From a virus (Duplodnaviria > Caudoviricetes), in IMG/VR virus record IMGVR_UViG_3300043449_000801, positions 1 through 58,493 of that record: a stretch of DNA of 58,493 nucleotides, one strand, 5' to 3'. Under the pieces are notes generated by a model. The model saw only the letters and a program-made list of their open reading frames with translations. It made no database searches and was not told where the DNA came from. Shown here piece after piece: positions 10,020 through 21,205 of the stretch. The position numbers and the translations under genes were made by a program. Every line of letters begins with the position of its first letter. Position 1 is the stretch's first letter.

Positions 10020-13000
10020 TTACTTTCCATATTTGCTGTAGTAAATTTGAAATGCTTTATCAGATACTTTTTCACCTGATAACCCCATTATTTCTTGTAA
10101 GTAAGCCATTTCATCTCCACTCATTTTAGGACCAAACTCCATGTACAGCTTGTATGCTTGAACCTCTGGTACAGTTTCATATACGATATCTAACATTCCC
10201 TTATTTAAGTTTCTATTGCGAATGTATGTGTCATACTTTCTAACGTATTTCTCAACATCCTGTCCTTCAAAGTTATCTGTAATAATATCTGTCAATTCAC
10301 CGTATGACATCTCTTTTCCTGAATCGTAAACCTTATTGATTTTATTGTATATACTTTGTTCTTTCATCCATATTTCAGACTCAATACTAGTCTCCATATC
10401 TTTCATTTTGTCTTGTCTAACAAAACTTAATATGTCTGGATCCGTATACTTTACTAATTTATTTCCAGCAGACTCAATCATCAAGTTACCACATGCCTTT
10501 ATATCTTCTACAAAACCTGTTGCTCCGAACATGCCATTCATTGCTGCATATGCAATGTGGACCATTGGATTAGTAGAAGGAGATGTAATTATTTTCTCTA
10601 TGGCTACCTTTGTTTTTGCAGGAGACATTTTAAAAGCAGGAGCAATTACTTTATAAAACTCTTCTATTTTATTATCGTAAACACCTTGATACTCTTCTTT
10701 TATTTTTTTATCCCTTGGCTGCTTGAATATTTCTTTACCTGTAAATGTATCTATGTTATATGATAAAGCTATATATGCTGCTACGCCTGGATTTTTACCA
10801 GCTAATTCAGTAGGCCATATTGGCATTGATTTTTTAAATGTTTCATACATTAAACCTGTATCTACATTGTAATCACTACCACCCATTTCAAAAAACATTT
10901 TGTATGCATACTGTTCTATTATAGTAGTAAGTATAGATACAACAGGTAATTTTTTAATCTTCGCATATTGAAGATTTCCATCTTTATCTTTTTTACCTGT
11001 AAATACTACGTGATATCCAGCTTTTGTATGTGCAGGAACTGAATCAAGGGCATCTTTTAGCTTTCTCATTTTCTCCTCTTCATCATCTCCATCGATTGCT
11101 GATAATGCAACTGCTAATGAATAATATGCCATACCTCCAGTTGCTAATGCAACTTGCGACATACTAACTCCAAATGCAATTGGATTTTCTTTAGCAAACT
11201 TAAGAGACTTTCTAACACCTTGTGTTGAAGCATTCAAATAAGGCATTACAGGATCAATTGCTTTTATGGTGCTTCCTCCTTGACTAAAGTCAACAAGCTC
11301 CCTAGCTTCTCTAGCTGCATCCCACATAATATCATCAAGTGCCTGTCCTGTTGGCTCTTGACCGTTATTTTCTTTTTTGTATTTAGCAATAAGATTATTT
11401 TTTTGTTTAGAATATACAGCAATTCTCATCGCGAATTCAGACTTTGTACCTAAATAAGACATACATGCGCCAACTGCTAAGAATGGTTTTGCTACATATG
11501 ATTTAATAGAACCTGCACTAAGCATAGATTTTATTCCTACTATTCCATCTTGTGAAAGAAAATCAATAGCTCCACCATGCTCAACATACTCTCTATATAG
11601 TTTATTTTCATATTCTTCATTCATTATTGATCTAATGTCATCATAGATACCACGAATAAATTTCATTGAGAACCCAGTAGTTGCTTGAACTATTGCTAGA
11701 GGTTTAAACCAACTATAAACATTTGTTAGAAACGTAGCATTGAATATATCTACAGGAACGTTACCTATGATAAACAATGGGTTACCAACGGTTGCCATAT
11801 ATCTAAGTATACCTACTCCTGTAAATTGACCTACTTTTCTCATTTTGTTGTTTAATTCAACATTCTTTATATCAAGTATTTGATTAGCGTACATTGAATC
11901 AACAACCATTATCCTTTGTTGTCCATTAACAAAGTAAGTTATTGGAGTAAATCCTACCAACTCTGCTTTTTGATTAGGACCTGAGAAATCCCCTAGTTCA
12001 TACTTTTGTACAGGTCTACCATCTTTAGTTGTTTTTACTATCGGGTTTTCCTTTATATATTTTGATATGGCATCCTTTTCTTCTTGTGTAGCTGTTTCAA
12101 TTGCTTCTGCCCAAGCTACTAACATATCATTCTCAAATGCCCTTGCAGCTACCGTATGAATGTTCATCATTAGTAACCACCTAGAGTCCATGATTATATC
12201 ATTCTCGTTTTTGTCAGATAATGCTTGGATATCTTTTCTACTTACACCTAATGTAGAGGCTTGGCTATCTGCATTACCAGGATTAGCATTATCACCAATA
12301 ATATACTTAATGACTTTTATTGGAGAGTATTCTCTATCCTTAAATCTTAAATATGTTTCTTCATTTATACGACCAGATTCAAACAGAATTCTTAGGTTAT
12401 CATTAAACTCTAAGAAGTATCGTTTTGCTCTTTTGTTTAAATTATCAAAATTATTTTCTCCTATACTTTCTCTAATTCGATTTAAGTCAGCCATAGCATT
12501 GGCTTCATTATATCCATTTATACCTGTGTAGGGGGGTTTACCCTCGTTTCTTCTATTAACATTAATATCAATAATACGTCTAGCATAAATTATTTGATTT
12601 AATATTTCCAAAGACTTAGAGTCTAGTCCTCCGTACACTACTCTATCTATACGCTTAAACCTATAAGATGCGAATCCTGTTGCTCCAGCTTTAGTAATAA
12701 GCATATTAAAAGCTCGTTTGGCAGCATCATTCTTGATGCCTTTCATTAATCGCTTAATACCCTCTTGACGATCAAATATTGCTTTGTTTGCATATCGATA
12801 CGCCCTAACAAATATATTAGCATCGTATCTTCTTTTTAATGCATCTTGACTTTGCTTGTAAATTTCTTCAACAGTAATATCTTTAGCAGGCTTCATCTGA
12901 GTCATTGCCTGAATAATATCTGCATCACTAAATCCATTGTTTCTAAGGTATACCTCTATAGCATCGTCCTTAATATCATTAGCCCTAGCAGTAGCAACAA

Positions 13001-16000
13001 TGTAATCAATGTTGTTTTGCTTAGAGAATAATACTTGTAGAGACTTTATATTATCTGTTGTTATTTCTTTTCCTCCAAGTAAAGACGCTAGTGATCCATC
13101 AACAAATTGATTTAATGACAATTTTTGGAACTCTTCTGGAGACAAATTCTCAAATGCTTTGAACTTAGATTTAACATAATTGAATACGGCATTCAACCAA
13201 TTCTTAAATTTTGATTTTGTTCCGGCTTCAATTAAAAGTTCTCCACGACTTGCAATCAAATCGGCCATTGCTTCTTCTCTTGCTAATTCGTTATCTCCAA
13301 GCTCTTTAATTTTTTGCTTGAGTATAGATGTTCCTTCCAAGAGATCAAATCCCTTTTGTAATAATCCTGGATTATTTGCTCTTAAGAAGTTCATCCATAT
13401 GTGAGAGAACTCGTGTATGGCTGTATTAGAATTAGCCTTCTCAGGATTCAAGAATATTTTTCCATCAGTTGTAAATCCATATACTACTTCTCCATCCTTT
13501 ACAAATTGTTTTACATTAGGATCTTGTAAAGCAGCATCAAAATCTTCTTGAGTATCTACTATAGTAACTGTAGGAAAAGCTAACTTAAGCTTGGCTATTA
13601 ATTTTTGTAGTTCAGTCATCTTGTCAGATAACTTAGCTCCTACAAACGCTTTAGTTGTAGCTATAGCTCCAGAAACAGCGATTGATTGACTTATTGCTGA
13701 ACTTACACTAGGTAACTCACCACTTGTATTAGGTTTAAGCATAGCAAATGTTTTGCTATACATTTCAGGAAATACATCGGCAGCATGAACAGGATTCTCA
13801 AGAATACCTATTAGCTGTCCTTTCATACCAAAAGGATAATTACCATGAACCAATTCTCCTTTAGCAGCAGATGTAACACCTCCATTCAATACATCTATAC
13901 CCACGATAGCAATAACATGGTTAGGTGGAATTTTACTACTTGCTTCTTCTTGAATTATATTATTCAATGTTTGAAGGTGTATGTATTTATAGAATTCACT
14001 TCCTTTATTTCCAACTAATGCTAAACCAGCTTTACTTCTAGGTTCTCCAGGTTTTGTTTCTTTATCTAATTCAATTCCACCTGTAAATAAGAAATCTGTA
14101 ACTATCAATCTTTTACCTATTGGTCTTAACTTAGACATGTTATCTAAAAGCTCATCAATAGTTTTAAAGTTGTTTTCTTTAATGAATTTTATAACTACAT
14201 TTTCTTGTATTTCCTTTTTATATATTTGATTTGCTTCTTTCTCACTTAATAATTTTTTGCCTTCTTTTTTTCTTTTATTATTTTTAGATTTTACAGGTTT
14301 AGAAGCGATATCATCTATTAAACCGTTTAAAGAATCTGTCCTTTCTTTTTTATTAAAATTGCTTTTAATAGTATCAGATGCTAATCTAAATAGTGCCTCA
14401 TTTGTTTTTATTGATGCTTGACCCATTTTAACAACAGCCATAGGAATATGACCATTTGGAAGTTTTCCTTCAGCCCAAAGCCTATCAAATAAAGACTTGT
14501 TTTTATTATATATTTCTAATGCTCTTTTATATGTGTCCTTACTTGATTTTAAATCAGTATTTGCCCATGCATTATTTTCATTACCATCTGTCAGATTAAA
14601 TCCAAGCCCACCATTTATATCAATAGTATTTCCTGTGAATGGATTACTAACAGAACCAGATGAAAGCTGATCAGATATAGTGAATATAAAAGGAATACCA
14701 TTGTATTCAGAAATATTTTTTATTACACCTTTATTCCAAGCTGCCTTAAGTTTATTGCCAAATCTAGATATCAATGATTTGATATTGATTTTGTTTTTGG
14801 TAGTTAAATTAGATGGAACATCAAACTCAGCAAATTCTTCAGGAAGCTGATTCATTTCATCTGTTACTTCTTCTACATCTCCTGCATCTATTGCATTCTG
14901 TGGCTCCTGTTTTTCCTTCTTAAACTTAGGCGGAGTCTTACCAAGTAATGCATCAAGTTTAGCAACATCTGCATCAATATCCTCCTTAGTCCTAGGCTTT
15001 TCTTCCGTAGTTACTTCTTCTTCTGGAGCAACCTCTTCTTCTGCAACTACTTCAGCCTCTACAGGTTGGGCTGCTGCTGTGGGTTCAGCTGTAGGTTGTT
15101 CTCCTGCTGGTTCAACTGCTGCTGCTGTTGGTTGGGTTGCTGTTGGTTCAACTGTTGGTTGAGCTTGTACAGGTACTTCAACTGCTGCCGTTTCGACAGG
15201 AGCTGTAACTTCTGGAAGTTGGATAGACTCTGTTGCTGCTTGGAATTCTTCATCTTGTTCTAATAAATCGTTTATAAATTGCTGTTGTTCAGGCGTCTGT
15301 ATCTTTTGCAATTCAATTTGATATGCAATATCTACAGCATCCTGTCCGGTAAACATTTGAGTTTGTCCTGCATCATTTTTCAATGACACATTCATTACTT
15401 CTCCTGCCGGATTATATTCAATACCTTGAGTAGGTAGTTCCATCTGCATGTTCCAATTGTTTCCGTCAATTGAAACTTGACCTTGTGGAGTTACAGAAAC
15501 TCTTTCTTCTTGTACCTCAAGACCTGGAAGTTCAGAGTTCATCACCTCATCTACATTTCCAAGCTCGTATATCTTTCCAGAATCTCTGTCTTCAAATACT
15601 ACTTGCTGCCCTTCAACATAAACATCACCTGATAATGGAGCATCTAATTTAGCTCCTCCAAATGAAGTTAATGTAGCAGGTCTATTTATTACTTCAGAAA
15701 CAACTACTCTAGGTGTTTCTGTTGCTACTACTTCTTCCTCCCTGATGTCTTGCCCACCTTCTTGGGTAGTGACTTGAGGTTCTGCTTGGGGTACTCCTTG
15801 CGCCATTTCTCCGCTAACTTCGGCTTTTGGCTGAACAGGTACTTCACTTGTTGTTTGCTCTTGAACGGCATTTTCTGAAATTTTTATAAGTTCAACATTA
15901 ATTTCTGCAATCCTTCTCCTTTGAGGTGTGGCAAGACTTTCATCTTTATTCGCTATATATTTCTCTAAGTTAGCTTTTTCTGTCATTAAATCAAGTGCTA

Positions 16001-18986
16001 CAGACTTATCTTCTACACTCATATTATCAGGCATAGAATTAATCCTTCCTTGAATATCTTTAAATGAGTTAGAAATTTCTTTAGCTTGCTCCTTAGTATA
16101 CTTGCCACTAATTATACCTGCCTTAAGATTAGCCAATAGAGCTTGATCAATATTCTCCATCTTGGCGGCATTCATTAATACCTCAAGTTGTTCCTTATTT
16201 AAATTCTCTCTAAACTTATTTCCTGTTATTGTACTAGCAGTTGTAACCGTACTCATGATACCACCACCTAATGCACCTAGGTATCCTTCATACAATACAT
16301 CTGCATATATTTCTTTTGCGCTCTTATTGTTAAAGTAATCAGAGCCAACCATTCCGTCATATACCTCCTGTATTCCAATCTTTGATACAGCTTGAGTCAT
16401 CTCAGTTAATCCCTCACCTGCGCCTCCAATCAAGGCATCCATAGGTAAAGTGGCAAACATTTTCTTTGTGCTATTGACAATAGCTGCTTGAATAAATTCC
16501 TTTGATGCATTCTCAGGAATATCCATAAAGGCATCCTTAATAACAGCATGAGTTATTTGTCTTCCAAGACCTGTTTTTTGTAGTGCTAAGTCTAAACCAA
16601 ATTTTTCAAGTATTGAACTTACAATACCATATGTTCCAGCCATTAATACCTTAGATGTTTCTGATGGTCCAGCACCACTAGGATCTTTAATCATATCAAG
16701 CTCATCCTTCATCTCATTGTATGACTGAGCAAAGAATGATGCATATGTAGCAGGCCCTCCACCCATAGCAAGACCTGTAGTTAATGCTCCAAGTGATTCA
16801 CCTAAACTAAATATTGCCTTAGTAACATCGCTTCTATTTTTAGAGTTCATATACTCCTCTGTAGTATAATCTCCAGTAATAAAATTAATGATACTTTCTT
16901 GTTCTTTTTTAGTTAACATTCCTAATCTAGGTAATGCTGTTAATCCTTTAATATATTTTTTAGAAATACCACCAATGAAAGTACCTCTTGCTTCATTAAC
17001 AATATATTCAGCTGCAATTGATTCGTCTATTGATTTAGTAATAGTTCCTAGATATTTAGTCTCATCTTTTAAATCAACCCCCATTTGTTTTATTTCACCT
17101 TGGAGTTGTTCCATTTTAGGCTTATACTGTTCGTTGAACTCCTCTTCACTTATCTTTCCTGATCTGATTCGCTCATTTGCATCATCAGCATAAATCTGAA
17201 GAAGCTTCATTTTTGCATTATAATTTTGAAATGACTTATTTATATCATCTGCAAACTTACTTGCGTTACCTATTGTCTCTTTGTCATTAGGAAGATATGC
17301 AACCATATTTTCCACCTCTTTATCATCGTATGGATTCTTTCCGGTTTCAATTGCTTTCTTCTGCTTGTAGTATATATCACGAAGAACTAAATAAGATTCT
17401 CTAGCATATTCTTTACGAGCTAGTCTTTCTTTCTCTTCTAATTTAAACTTATCTTCTTTTGTAACATTAATAATTTTATCTAAAACCATTGGTTGTTGAT
17501 CTGGAAGTCTATCATCTATATATTCAGGATCGCTATATATAGCTCTTCGATACTTATAGTTAGGACCAACCCAAGCACTATTTTCTTTTTCAGCTATTTC
17601 AAGTGACTTAGATGCATCAGCTAAATCTTTACTAGAATTTACTTTAATAAATTGACGCAGTCTTCTTGCCTCTTCGCTATCTCCTGCATCTGTCCAGTTA
17701 TCAAGACTGATTTTAATTGTATTCTTCCCATCTGGTGAAACCACTTCTATAGCATCACCAAACATGTCAGATATGGTATCATAAGTTCTTCCAAAAGAAA
17801 ACGTAGGGAACTTAGCTTTAAGTTTCTTAATTACTACATCTTCTTCATTGCCTATAAGTGATGAATTAACTGATAACAAGTTTGTGTCAAACTCTTTCTT
17901 TTTAATTAACTCTACATCCTCAGCAACACCTGAAAACTTGTCTCGTGCAGCATCGTATTTTATCTGCTTATTGAATTGAGCATTCAATGCATCAATTGAA
18001 CCCTTTGAAGTAATCCTAAAGAAATCACTGTATCCTTTAGGACGCTTTTCCCAATAAGGTTCGTTTGTTGCTTTATCTACACCTATTCTATACTCAACGT
18101 CATCCTTTCCTGGATATCCTACATATGTTTGTTCAATCGTACTAGATGATGCATTCTGATTAAACATTTTGTTTAATGTAGCTACCCTCTTAGGATCCTT
18201 TACCTGTTTGTAATCAAATACGTATCCTGTCTTTCCTGTCTTTTCATTTTTATATGTAAGTGGCTTTCCGTTTTGATATTGAATTACACTTTCATTCCAA
18301 ACAGGTATGCCTGATTCAGTATAAACTAATTCATATTCTTTATCTGTTTTACCAGGTATAGTATATTTCTTAGGAGCTTCATACTTTTCTGCCTTTGGTT
18401 TTGTTTCTCCTGCAAGAACTTTACCTGCGCCTACTACAGCTTCAGTTATTTCTTTATTTATTTTTTGAGATACGCCTTCAGGAACAGTTGATTTTACAGT
18501 TGTAAATTCCTTAGTCTTAACAGGAGTGTATGTCTTGGCATATTTCTCTAGTGCAGAAATTCTACTTTTTTCGTTTATCTTAACGTAATTTCCTGTTTCA
18601 CCTAAATCAATATACCACTGATTATTTGTCTTCTTGTATACTGCATCTTCCCTTCCTGGATACCGATATGATCCACTAGGTTTAACAATAGACTCAACAG
18701 CCTTTTGTACTCCTGCACTAACTGCCTTCGACAACGCACCCGAAGAAGAAGGTTTTGCTGCCCCACTTCCAGGAGATGCCGTAGTGACTTTTTTTTTTGG
18801 TGGTTGAATGAATGCTGAACTAAAAGTATTAAAGTCAGTTGTTTGAAATATCTTAGCTTGTCTTCCTAAGTTATATAACTTCTTTATCTGATCTCCACTA
18901 GCTGATTTAAATGTGTTAAAGTCTGTGCTTTGTATTAAGCCAGATTGAACATACAAATCATACAGTTTCTTTAGTTTATCATTCAT
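10020..18986 (-). CDS. Giant (2988 aa) internal virion/ejection polyvalent protein with a zincin-like HExxH domain and LPD38-like C-terminus
   Basis: Last gene of the late operon after two ejection-like genes; IHEFSH...EEAMA; C-terminal VDFSQGG..PYLNASTQG. Confidence 0.7.
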   Translation of the reverse strand: MNDKLKKLYDLYVQSGLIQSTDFNTFKSASGDQIKKLYNLGRQAKIFQTTDFNTFSSAFIQPPKKKVTTASPGSGAAKPSSSGALSKAVSAGVQKAVESIVKPSGSYRYPGREDAVYKKTNNQWYIDLGETGNYVKINEKSRISALEKYAKTYTPVKTKEFTTVKSTVPEGVSQKINKEITEAVVGAGKVLAGETKPKAEKYEAPKKYTIPGKTDKEYELVYTESGIPVWNESVIQYQNGKPLTYKNEKTGKTGYVFDYKQVKDPKRVATLNKMFNQNASSSTIEQTYVGYPGKDDVEYRIGVDKATNEPYWEKRPKGYSDFFRITSKGSIDALNAQFNKQIKYDAARDKFSGVAEDVELIKKKEFDTNLLSVNSSLIGNEEDVVIKKLKAKFPTFSFGRTYDTISDMFGDAIEVVSPDGKNTIKISLDNWTDAGDSEEARRLRQFIKVNSSKDLADASKSLEIAEKENSAWVGPNYKYRRAIYSDPEYIDDRLPDQQPMVLDKIINVTKEDKFKLEEKERLARKEYARESYLVLRDIYYKQKKAIETGKNPYDDKEVENMVAYLPNDKETIGNASKFADDINKSFQNYNAKMKLLQIYADDANERIRSGKISEEEFNEQYKPKMEQLQGEIKQMGVDLKDETKYLGTITKSIDESIAAEYIVNEARGTFIGGISKKYIKGLTALPRLGMLTKKEQESIINFITGDYTTEEYMNSKNRSDVTKAIFSLGESLGALTTGLAMGGGPATYASFFAQSYNEMKDELDMIKDPSGAGPSETSKVLMAGTYGIVSSILEKFGLDLALQKTGLGRQITHAVIKDAFMDIPENASKEFIQAAIVNSTKKMFATLPMDALIGGAGEGLTEMTQAVSKIGIQEVYDGMVGSDYFNNKSAKEIYADVLYEGYLGALGGGIMSTVTTASTITGNKFRENLNKEQLEVLMNAAKMENIDQALLANLKAGIISGKYTKEQAKEISNSFKDIQGRINSMPDNMSVEDKSVALDLMTEKANLEKYIANKDESLATPQRRRIAEINVELIKISENAVQEQTTSEVPVQPKAEVSGEMAQGVPQAEPQVTTQEGGQDIREEEVVATETPRVVVSEVINRPATLTSFGGAKLDAPLSGDVYVEGQQVVFEDRDSGKIYELGNVDEVMNSELPGLEVQEERVSVTPQGQVSIDGNNWNMQMELPTQGIEYNPAGEVMNVSLKNDAGQTQMFTGQDAVDIAYQIELQKIQTPEQQQFINDLLEQDEEFQAATESIQLPEVTAPVETAAVEVPVQAQPTVEPTATQPTAAAVEPAGEQPTAEPTAAAQPVEAEVVAEEEVAPEEEVTTEEKPRTKEDIDADVAKLDALLGKTPPKFKKEKQEPQNAIDAGDVEEVTDEMNQLPEEFAEFDVPSNLTTKNKINIKSLISRFGNKLKAAWNKGVIKNISEYNGIPFIFTISDQLSSGSVSNPFTGNTIDINGGLGFNLTDGNENNAWANTDLKSSKDTYKRALEIYNKNKSLFDRLWAEGKLPNGHIPMAVVKMGQASIKTNEALFRLASDTIKSNFNKKERTDSLNGLIDDIASKPVKSKNNKRKKEGKKLLSEKEANQIYKKEIQENVVIKFIKENNFKTIDELLDNMSKLRPIGKRLIVTDFLFTGGIELDKETKPGEPRSKAGLALVGNKGSEFYKYIHLQTLNNIIQEEASSKIPPNHVIAIVGIDVLNGGVTSAAKGELVHGNYPFGMKGQLIGILENPVHAADVFPEMYSKTFAMLKPNTSGELPSVSSAISQSIAVSGAIATTKAFVGAKLSDKMTELQKLIAKLKLAFPTVTIVDTQEDFDAALQDPNVKQFVKDGEVVYGFTTDGKIFLNPEKANSNTAIHEFSHIWMNFLRANNPGLLQKGFDLLEGTSILKQKIKELGDNELAREEAMADLIASRGELLIEAGTKSKFKNWLNAVFNYVKSKFKAFENLSPEEFQKLSLNQFVDGSLASLLGGKEITTDNIKSLQVLFSKQNNIDYIVATARANDIKDDAIEVYLRNNGFSDADIIQAMTQMKPAKDITVEEIYKQSQDALKRRYDANIFVRAYRYANKAIFDRQEGIKRLMKGIKNDAAKRAFNMLITKAGATGFASYRFKRIDRVVYGGLDSKSLEILNQIIYARRIIDINVNRRNEGKPPYTGINGYNEANAMADLNRIRESIGENNFDNLNKRAKRYFLEFNDNLRILFESGRINEETYLRFKDREYSPIKVIKYIIGDNANPGNADSQASTLGVSRKDIQALSDKNENDIIMDSRWLLMMNIHTVAARAFENDMLVAWAEAIETATQEEKDAISKYIKENPIVKTTKDGRPVQKYELGDFSGPNQKAELVGFTPITYFVNGQQRIMVVDSMYANQILDIKNVELNNKMRKVGQFTGVGILRYMATVGNPLFIIGNVPVDIFNATFLTNVYSWFKPLAIVQATTGFSMKFIRGIYDDIRSIMNEEYENKLYREYVEHGGAIDFLSQDGIVGIKSMLSAGSIKSYVAKPFLAVGACMSYLGTKSEFAMRIAVYSKQKNNLIAKYKKENNGQEPTGQALDDIMWDAAREARELVDFSQGGSTIKAIDPVMPYLNASTQGVRKSLKFAKENPIAFGVSMSQVALATGGMAYYSLAVALSAIDGDDEEEKMRKLKDALDSVPAHTKAGYHVVFTGKKDKDGNLQYAKIKKLPVVSILTTIIEQYAYKMFFEMGGSDYNVDTGLMYETFKKSMPIWPTELAGKNPGVAAYIALSYNIDTFTGKEIFKQPRDKKIKEEYQGVYDNKIEEFYKVIAPAFKMSPAKTKVAIEKIITSPSTNPMVHIAYAAMNGMFGATGFVEDIKACGNLMIESAGNKLVKYTDPDILSFVRQDKMKDMETSIESEIWMKEQSIYNKINKVYDSGKEMSYGELTDIITDNFEGQDVEKYVRKYDTYIRNRNLNKGMLDIVYETVPEVQAYKLYMEFGPKMSGDEMAYLQEIMGLSGEKVSDKAFQIYYSKYGK

Positions 18987-19004
18987 ACTATTTAATATTA
19001 TTAA

Positions 19005-20555
19005 TTATCCTCCACCAAATATAGCGTCACCTTTTCCTTGGGTTGAACCCATTCCACTACCTCCTGATTTTGTTTTAGGAGCAGGACCTCTCCAGTTTCT
19101 TGATCTCCATATCTCTTGTTGTCGTTTGCCTTCGTTTTGTTGTGTAGGGCTATCTCCAAAGAATTTTATTAACCAAAAATCATTAAGGCCTGATGATCCA
19201 GTTTTAGGTATAGGATTCTTATATCCCACATCCCATTTCTGATATAATGCATAACCATCGATTTTATTACCATTCTTATCTCTATTTGGCCCTACAATAT
19301 AATTCTTATCATTTAGATTAGCAGATAACATATTATAGTCTCCGTTTTGCCAAGCAGGACCTATTTGCTCATACTTAGTTATTGGCTTTTCTTCTTTTGG
19401 CTGATTACCGCCACCGCCACCGCCACCGCCTCCAGTTCCTCTAATGTTAGGCTGTAATGGTGTTCCTGAAATCTTGTTAGCAAAGCTAAAGTCTATCTCA
19501 CCTCTAACCCTATTTTTAGCTAGTTCCTTCTGCTCTTCTGTAAGTACAGGCATATATACTCCATCAGGAGTCAATTCATTATTTATAAGACTTAGTTCAA
19601 TTCTTTTTATCTCTTCTTCTGTAGGAAACATTGCTTGCCCTTTATAACCTGAGTCTTTTCTAATTTGCATCAACTCAGCTATCTTTTCCTGCATAATGGC
19701 ATCTCTCTGCTCTGGAGTGTCATAGTACTCTGGGCTATCAATTTCACCATTATCTACAAGAATACTTACCTGCGCCTTAGGATTACTATCTGGAGCAATA
19801 GAGTTTACTGCTCTTTCAACCATATATTTATATTCAGGTCTTGTTTTTACGCCTTCAATATTCATTTCTCCCTTTTGACCTAAGTCTTTCCAAATTGTTT
19901 CAGTTGCCCAATTTTGAGTTATATCCTCTACCCTTGCTGGCAAATTAATTCTAGAAGCAGCTAAGTTCTCCGGAAGTGCCATAGAACGAACGTCCATTAC
20001 TTCGTTAGTAACTAGACCTGTTTGTGGGTCTACTTTAGCAATGTATATTCTACCGTCAGATCCTGTCTTAATTTGTTTGTCTTTGATACCTTCAGTAAAT
20101 TCACCGAACTTCTTCAACAAATAATCTGTCTCATAGTTACTAGCAGGAATAACTCCATTCTCATCCGGCTCTTGTCGTTGCAGAATTGTAGTTACCCTTT
20201 CATCTTGGCTCTTCAATACATTGGCAAGCATCTGATAACTTTCCTCAAGATTACGGTTCCTACGAACGTATTCTGTTTCGGACATCTTACCAGCCTTTAG
20301 GTCTTTGTTCCACTGAAGTAAATCCTTACGCATATTATCTACTCCATTAAGCATGAAGTCATTTAATGTCTGAGTTTTACCAGGAATCCAAGAGTCTAAT
20401 AGCTTTTGGTTAGCTACTTCTACCTGATCAAGTTTTTGTCTTCTTTCTTGACGCTTATCTAATACACCATAAATCTTTTCAGCAAGTTCATTAGATAACG
20501 CACTGTAGTCAGGTCTTGATGTTGGAACATATCCAGCGTATGTAATTTCTGCCAT
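19005..20555 (-). CDS. Internal virion (ejection) protein
   Basis: Position between the small and giant ejection genes; helical with a poly-Gly linker. Confidence 0.55.
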   Translation of the reverse strand: MAEITYAGYVPTSRPDYSALSNELAEKIYGVLDKRQERRQKLDQVEVANQKLLDSWIPGKTQTLNDFMLNGVDNMRKDLLQWNKDLKAGKMSETEYVRRNRNLEESYQMLANVLKSQDERVTTILQRQEPDENGVIPASNYETDYLLKKFGEFTEGIKDKQIKTGSDGRIYIAKVDPQTGLVTNEVMDVRSMALPENLAASRINLPARVEDITQNWATETIWKDLGQKGEMNIEGVKTRPEYKYMVERAVNSIAPDSNPKAQVSILVDNGEIDSPEYYDTPEQRDAIMQEKIAELMQIRKDSGYKGQAMFPTEEEIKRIELSLINNELTPDGVYMPVLTEEQKELAKNRVRGEIDFSFANKISGTPLQPNIRGTGGGGGGGGGNQPKEEKPITKYEQIGPAWQNGDYNMLSANLNDKNYIVGPNRDKNGNKIDGYALYQKWDVGYKNPIPKTGSSGLNDFWLIKFFGDSPTQQNEGKRQQEIWRSRNWRGPAPKTKSGGSGMGSTQGKGDAIFGGG

Positions 20556-20567
20556 GATTATAATGTT

Positions 20568-21194
20568 TTATCCTTCTGGTGTAGTATTGGGTTTATCAAC
20601 CTTATATTCAAACCACTTGTCCCAATTTTTTCCTTCAGGAGCAAATGCAGGTAACGCACCTAATCCAGATGCAAGACCACTTCCAATACTTTCAAACATT
20701 CCGCCAACAGCTGCGTTCTTATTCGCTTGTGCAGTACCTGCTGCTAATTGTGCGCCCTCAAGTTCAGAAGAATATAAATCTCCAAGCCTTGCTTCTTTGC
20801 GCTTATTCATTTCTTCTTGTACAGAAGCTTGATCTCTCTTCAATTGGTATTGAGCCTCAGCTGCTTGCGCTCCTACATCAAGTGCTCCTGCTTTTACTCC
20901 TTGAGTTAAGTTTCCTACACCTCCAATAAGAGACTCAGCTCCTGCGCCTTGCAACGCTTGAAGACCTTGTGACGCTCCACTTTTAATAGCGTCCATAGCC
21001 ATGTTATATCCCTGCATAGGCACTTGTACTGATGCGAATGGATTCTCAGAGGATATCCCTTCAATTCGTTTCTTAGCCGCTAAAGCTGCATTCTGAGCAG
21101 CCTTCTTTTCTTTATTGGCTTGCACCATCTGAGCAATACTCATTCCGGTTCCTAATAAGGATGTTGCTAAACCTGTAATTAATCCTATTGGCAT
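20568..21194 (-). CDS. Small internal virion (ejection) protein
   Basis: Ala/Gly/Gln-rich, hydrophobic N- and C-terminal helices flanking a coiled coil. Confidence 0.65.
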   Translation of the reverse strand: MPIGLITGLATSLLGTGMSIAQMVQANKEKKAAQNAALAAKKRIEGISSENPFASVQVPMQGYNMAMDAIKSGASQGLQALQGAGAESLIGGVGNLTQGVKAGALDVGAQAAEAQYQLKRDQASVQEEMNKRKEARLGDLYSSELEGAQLAAGTAQANKNAAVGGMFESIGSGLASGLGALPAFAPEGKNWDKWFEYKVDKPNTTPEG

Positions 21195-21205
21195 ATCTAT
21201 AATTT

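Noticed and set aside
15059-15263. Gln-rich and Cys-rich alternative-frame ORFs
   Set aside because: By-products of the repetitive QPT/EPT linker in the giant gene
19408-19432. GCC-type trinucleotide repeat
   Set aside because: Simply encodes a poly-Gly linker
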